64,000 nucleotides of DNA. Source: an uncultured Verrucomicrobiae bacterium (GTDB taxonomy: Bacteria; Verrucomicrobiota; Verrucomicrobiia; Chthoniobacterales; JAFAMB01). The stretch lies in contig CAVXLD010000003.1 of the NCBI GenBank assembly GCA_963762565.1, forward strand, positions 128,001-192,000, in the 5' to 3' direction. Below are positions 59,877 to 64,000 of this stretch, one piece after another. A program made the position numbers and the translations under genes. A model generated the notes under the pieces. That model was not told the origin of the DNA, searched no databases, and saw only the letters and a program-made list of their open reading frames with translations. The first letter of the stretch is position 1; every line of letters starts with the position of its first letter.

Positions 59877-60344
59877 ATGGAAACTAAACCACCGCTTCCT
59901 CCATTCACTCTCGAAACCGCGATACAAAAAGCTCGTTTAGCCGAGGACGCTTGGAATTCACGCGACCCGGAACGTGTTGCCCTCGCCTACACAGCCGATA
60001 GCCGCTGGCGCAACCGTGCTGAGTTCTTCAATGGGCGGCCAGCCATTATCGAGTTTCTCCGGCGCAAATGGGCCAAAGAAATGGACTACCGCTTGATAAA
60101 AGAGCTATGGGCCTTTCATGAAAACCGGATCTCGGTCCGATTCCAATATGAATGGCATGATGATTCCGGGAATTGGTTTCGAGCCCATGGGAACGAGCAA
60201 TGGGAATTCGACGACAACGGTCTCATGCGCCGCAGAGAAGCCAGCATTAATGATGTTCCGATTAAGGCCGCCGATCGTAAGTTCTTATGGCCAGCTGGTC
60301 CTCGTCCGGCGGATCACCCGGGGCTGAGTGAGCTTGGACTGTGA
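59877..60344 (+). CDS. DUF1348 / SnoaL-like (NTF2 fold) protein
   Basis: [43 protein letters not shown]. Confidence 0.92.
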   Translation: METKPPLPPFTLETAIQKARLAEDAWNSRDPERVALAYTADSRWRNRAEFFNGRPAIIEFLRRKWAKEMDYRLIKELWAFHENRISVRFQYEWHDDSGNWFRAHGNEQWEFDDNGLMRRREASINDVPIKAADRKFLWPAGPRPADHPGLSELGL

Positions 60345-60625
60345 TGCCATGGCTCACGAGGCCCTTCGTTCTCGTCCTCGTCCTCGAATCCGGCCGAGCT
60401 GAGTGATGGAGTGTGGAGTGTTGGAGTAGTGTCCCTTCGCGGAATCGCACTGCGTAGCAGGTTGAAGAGTGAAAGGTGATATGGCGGCAGGCAGGCCGTT
60501 GAACCGAATGGTCCCACTAGTCGCATCGGCCTGCCTGAGCAAGATTGCGTGCGTCGAAGGCTCCCATCCGGGGTATTTCTTTAATTTTGTGAAACCTAGG
60601 ACCCCCGACCCGGGAAATAGGTGTT

Positions 60626-60909
60626 ATGAAGATCTTTGCGACAGTTCTCACAGCGATCGCGGTCGTCGCGGCTCTCGGTACCGCGGGACCGGCCGCAGCC
60701 GGTGGCCGCCGCATCTGCGCTGGGCCGCCCATCCAGTGGATGGGAATTCAGCCTGGAGCGCGAATTGGTCGATTTCACCTTGGTCCCAGCGGAATCGAAA
60801 ACTTAAAGGACCGCCCTGTATTGCGCTTATGGTTCATTTGCCCGGGCAAAGCCGGATCATGACTCTCGAACAAGTAAAGGAACTCTTGAAAAAAGGATCG
60901 GACCATTGA
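60626..60909 (+). pseudogene. Internally deleted, frameshifted third copy of the downstream secreted protein family
   Basis: One frame gives signal peptide plus IQPGARIGRFHLGPSG; another gives PCIALMVHLPGQSRIMTLEQVKELL; both match the ends of the two paralogs. Confidence 0.75.
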
Positions 60910-60926
60910 ACGGATCCACCGGGAAA

Positions 60927-61511
60927 ATGAATAACATGAACCTATTCAGAGCGATTTTGTTTTCAGCGCTTATTCCGCTGGCCGGCCAGGTGTTTGGCGC
61001 GTCCGAAGATCTATCGATTGTGCCTGGGTCAAGTATCGCCGGCACATCTCTCGGCCCCGACGGATTGCAACAACTAAAAAAGCTAGGTAGGCCCTACCGG
61101 ATTGATCGCGGGATGTCACAGACACGACAGGTCTGGAAGTGGTCCAGGCCGGATGGAAGATTAGAGACGTTCTTCATTCATACAGTGAATAATGGAGTCA
61201 TTGATGCGAAGCCGGCCGATGGAGTGAGCATCGATTTGATCCGTACGACGATAACTCGGTTTCGAACCGCAGACGGGATTCGGGTCGGGAGTACGCTCGA
61301 TCAAATCCGGAAGAGTTTTCCCAATGTTGGTCCGGTTGAAGGGACACCAACGATTTTCGATGACCTGAAGCGGGGAATCGCGTTCGAATTTAGCGATGCG
61401 CCTATCGGCCACTCGATCTGCATCGCCATCATGGTGCATCCACCGGGCCAGAGTAATATTGCGACCCAGCAGCAGGTAGCCGAAGTGCTCGAGAATGGAG
61501 CCAAGGAGTAG
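60927..61511 (+). CDS. Secreted hypothetical protein, paralog 1
   Basis: Signal peptide; highly similar to 61737-62321 (KLG.PYRIDRGMSQT.QVWKW, FRTA.GI.VGSTL.QIRKSFP). Confidence 0.85.
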   Translation: MNNMNLFRAILFSALIPLAGQVFGASEDLSIVPGSSIAGTSLGPDGLQQLKKLGRPYRIDRGMSQTRQVWKWSRPDGRLETFFIHTVNNGVIDAKPADGVSIDLIRTTITRFRTADGIRVGSTLDQIRKSFPNVGPVEGTPTIFDDLKRGIAFEFSDAPIGHSICIAIMVHPPGQSNIATQQQVAEVLENGAKE

Positions 61512-61736
61512 TTGGGGAGAAGGATGAAAATGACAGATGACAAATGACAAATGCAGGGAGACGAGAAGGCTGAGGCCAACTATCTGTCATCTGTCATTTT
61601 CATCCGTTGTTGTGAAACTCTCGCGGAAAAAGCCGGGAAAGCAGTATCGATGAAAAATTTTATTGCTTGTGGAAACGGTTTTGAGATTAGGAGCCAGACA
61701 TTGGCGGGTGCGGTTCACAGACCGGGAAAATTTGAA

Positions 61737-62321
61737 ATGAAGCTTTTCAAAATGGTTCAGGTCGCCGCGGTGCTATTGATCACCAGCCCCGTGCTGGCTG
61801 GCGGGACCGGGACAGAGGGGGCTTCGATTATGCCGGGCGCTAGCCTAGCCGGCGTATCTCTTGGTCCCAACGGCACGCCGGAATTGGGAAAGCTCGGCAA
61901 GCCCTATCGGATTGATCGAGGAATGTCTCAGACCCACCAGGTGTGGAAATGGTTTCGGCCTGGGGGGCGATTCGACACGTTCTTTGTTCACACGGTTAAT
62001 AACGGAGCCATTGACGCGCAGCCGGCAGACGGTGTGACCATCGATCTGATCCGGTCGACTGCTACTCGATTTCGAACGGCTAACGGCATCGCGGTCGGCA
62101 GTACGCTGAACCAGATCCGGAAGAGTTTTCCTGCGGTTGCGCCGCCGGCAGATACACCTACAATTTTCGACGATGTGAAAGCAGGGATCGCTTTCGAGTT
62201 TAGCGCTGCTCCCGGTGGTGATTCGCCCTGTATCGCGATAATGGTTCATCCACCCGGCCAAAGTAATATTGCGACCCAGGAGCAAGTGGCAGAAGTGCTG
62301 GAGAACGGGAACACGGATTAG
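61737..62321 (+). CDS. Secreted hypothetical protein, paralog 2
   Basis: Signal peptide MKLFKMVQVAAVLLITSPVLA; similarity to paralog 1. Confidence 0.85.
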   Translation: MKLFKMVQVAAVLLITSPVLAGGTGTEGASIMPGASLAGVSLGPNGTPELGKLGKPYRIDRGMSQTHQVWKWFRPGGRFDTFFVHTVNNGAIDAQPADGVTIDLIRSTATRFRTANGIAVGSTLNQIRKSFPAVAPPADTPTIFDDVKAGIAFEFSAAPGGDSPCIAIMVHPPGQSNIATQEQVAEVLENGNTD

Positions 62322-62338
62322 TCGGGCGATAGGGCAAA

Positions 62339-62530
62339 GGTGATTAGTGATTGGTGATTCGTGATTGGTGGAAGGCAGCTCGTGGAGCGGGCCTTGCTTG
62401 TCCTTACTAAGCCTCGCTAGCCCTGAATCGAGCCGCCCCTAGCGAATCACTGCGGTCGGCCGTTTGCTTTCGCTTTTCGCCTCTGACCAATCACTAGTCA
62501 CTAATCACTAATCACTAATCACTAATCACC
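62339..62530. repeat. Inverted GTGATTR / TAATCAC heptamer arrays
   Basis: gtgatta gtgattg gtgattc gtgattg ... caatcac tagtcac taatcac taatcac taatcac taatcac. Confidence 0.8.
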
Positions 62531-62586
62531 TCCAGACCCCTTCTCGGCTTGAATGCACCGCGCGTTTTTGATTACATGCCTAAGCC

Positions 62587-63339
62587 ATGGCTGACTGGCT
62601 GAGCTCGAGCGCCGGTGGAAACCTGCGATTCGACACCACCCAATGGAGCTTGGTCTCGGCTGCGGCAGCGGCGGGGAACGAACGCAGCCGGGCTGCCTTC
62701 GAGGATCTTTACCGCGCTTATTCTCATGCGGTTTACGCGTTTATTCGGCGACGGGGTTATGCTCGCCAGGATGCCCAAGACTTGACCCAGGACTTCTTCC
62801 TTCATCTCTTGGAAAAAAATGCATTTGTTCGGGCAGATCCGAATCGAGGAAAATTTCGCAGTTTCCTTTTAGGAGCTCTCGAATTCTTTTTGCAGCATGC
62901 TGATGAACGGGCCAGAGCGGAGAAACGTGGCGGCCGCGCGGCGATGGTCTTTCTCGACGATGAGACGGCCGAGGCAAGTTATCAGTTAGCCGATCCCAAA
63001 CAAAACGCGGAGCAAGTCTATGATGCGCGTTGGGCGGCAACACTGATTCGATCGACGGTCGATCGCCTCAAAACCGAGATGGAATGGCAGGGTAAAGCGG
63101 ACTTATTCGAACAAATCCGGGGTTTTTTAATTGAGGGTGAAGATCGATCCTACCAAGAAGTCGCGGAAAGCACCGGATTAACGCTGGGAGCAGTCAGATT
63201 AACCATTCATCGGATGAGAGTGCGTTACCGCGAACTGCTACGGGCGGAGATCGCGAGAACGGTGGTCAGTTCAGCGGATTTCGATCAAGAGATTCAGGCG
63301 CTGCGCGCGTCCTTGCGAAGCGGCTATCTGCCGGGCTGA
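62587..63339 (+). CDS. ECF sigma factor (PVC-type with F.TT.WS N-terminus)
   Basis: FDTTQWSLV, DAQDLTQDFF, GKFRSFLL, AEKRGG, SYQEVA...G.T.GAV...IHRMR.RYR. Confidence 0.9.
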   Translation: MADWLSSSAGGNLRFDTTQWSLVSAAAAAGNERSRAAFEDLYRAYSHAVYAFIRRRGYARQDAQDLTQDFFLHLLEKNAFVRADPNRGKFRSFLLGALEFFLQHADERARAEKRGGRAAMVFLDDETAEASYQLADPKQNAEQVYDARWAATLIRSTVDRLKTEMEWQGKADLFEQIRGFLIEGEDRSYQEVAESTGLTLGAVRLTIHRMRVRYRELLRAEIARTVVSSADFDQEIQALRASLRSGYLPG

Positions 63340-63640
63340 ACTCGCTTAGGCTCGTTCGATAGCCGATAGCCAATAGCCGATAGCCAATGGTGATCGGGTC
63401 GCCACCCGTGGAGCGCTGCCTCGCTTGCGAGGCCGTGGTGAACAAAGACAACCTCGGGTCAGACCTATCGCCTATCAGCGCTCTTGCGCGTGTTCAATTA
63501 GGCATCTTGGGTCCAAATGGGGACGAACGCACGAAGTCAAGCGACGATACAGAGCGGGGACACAATGTGGGTATGACTTACGAGCTCGCCCTGTTCACCA
63601 AGGCCTCGCAAGCGAGGCAGCGCTCCACGGGTGACGACCC
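63339..63640. repeat. GATAGCC heptamers plus family D inverted pair
   Basis: cccgtggagcgctgcctcgcttgcgaggcc ... ggcctcgcaagcgaggcagcgctccacggg. Confidence 0.85.
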
Positions 63641-63654
63641 CTGAACGTCTTGGC

Positions 63655-63999
63655 CTATTGTTTATGCTCTTTTTCGTAGTTCGCTTTCGCTTCGTCGGCG
63701 ACCTTTTGGAGAATATCTTTACCAAAGCGGCGCTGGATCTCTGGCAACGCGATCTCGTTGTAGCCGATCATATGGCTGATTCTGTCGATTAGGACCTCAT
63801 CACCAGCCACCCGGCGCATTTCGATGTTATAGCGCTCCTTCATCAGCCGGATTAACTCATCGTCCGTTGGGGCGGGGAGTCCGGCGAACTCATATGCAAG
63901 AACGCCGTGGCTGGTATCCTTTTGGGCATCGGCCAGGCCTTGTTCGTAGTCCGCCTGAGAATAACCGGCTGGCGCCTTCTGTCCTGGCGCAAGGCCCGC
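63655..63999 (-). CDS. Hypothetical protein, 5' end outside the window
   Basis: Frame open to the window edge: ...YEQGLADAQKD...YEFAGLPAP...LMKERYNIEMRRVAG...GYNEIALPEIQRRFGKDIL. Confidence 0.7.
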   Translation of the reverse strand, partial: AGLAPGQKAPAGYSQADYEQGLADAQKDTSHGVLAYEFAGLPAPTDDELIRLMKERYNIEMRRVAGDEVLIDRISHMIGYNEIALPEIQRRFGKDILQKVADEAKANYEKEHKQ

Positions 64000-64000
64000 A

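Overview
Bacterial chromosomal window with no rRNA, tRNA, CRISPR array, integrase or transposase recognised. The repeat families and ECF sigma types suggest a soil Verrucomicrobiota (Chthoniobacterales-like) genome, but this is an unverified inference. Gene content: an oxidative-stress/detox block (katG with an OxyR-type box, Zn-ADH, ABATE/CGNR regulator, two alpha/beta hydrolases, ECF sigma, SDR, rhodanese); a 4-hydroxybenzoate/protocatechuate cluster (pobA, pcaCBGH, pcaR, pcaIJ) with three GTTCG-N5-CGAAC operators; GH27, GH42 and GH3 glycosidases with a ROK regulator; nagA; an HTH-WYL regulator; a leucine-catabolism block (MCC alpha/beta, hydratase, HMG-CoA lyase) with a divergent birA; and a tandem family of secreted paralogs. 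Most notable: (1) a stand-alone 690-aa tubulin/FtsZ-superfamily GTPase with a tubulin/FtsZ mosaic of motifs; (2) a candidate WYL regulon, two unknown membrane-protein genes sharing TGACA-N6-TGTCAT-N10-TANNNT promoters; (3) five TAAC-N21-GTTA boxes next to the CGNR regulator; (4) a dense, nested and orientation-biased set of REP/REPIN-like foldback elements and 7-8-bp tandem arrays occupying many intergenic spaces. All calls come from reading motifs by eye; no database searches were run.
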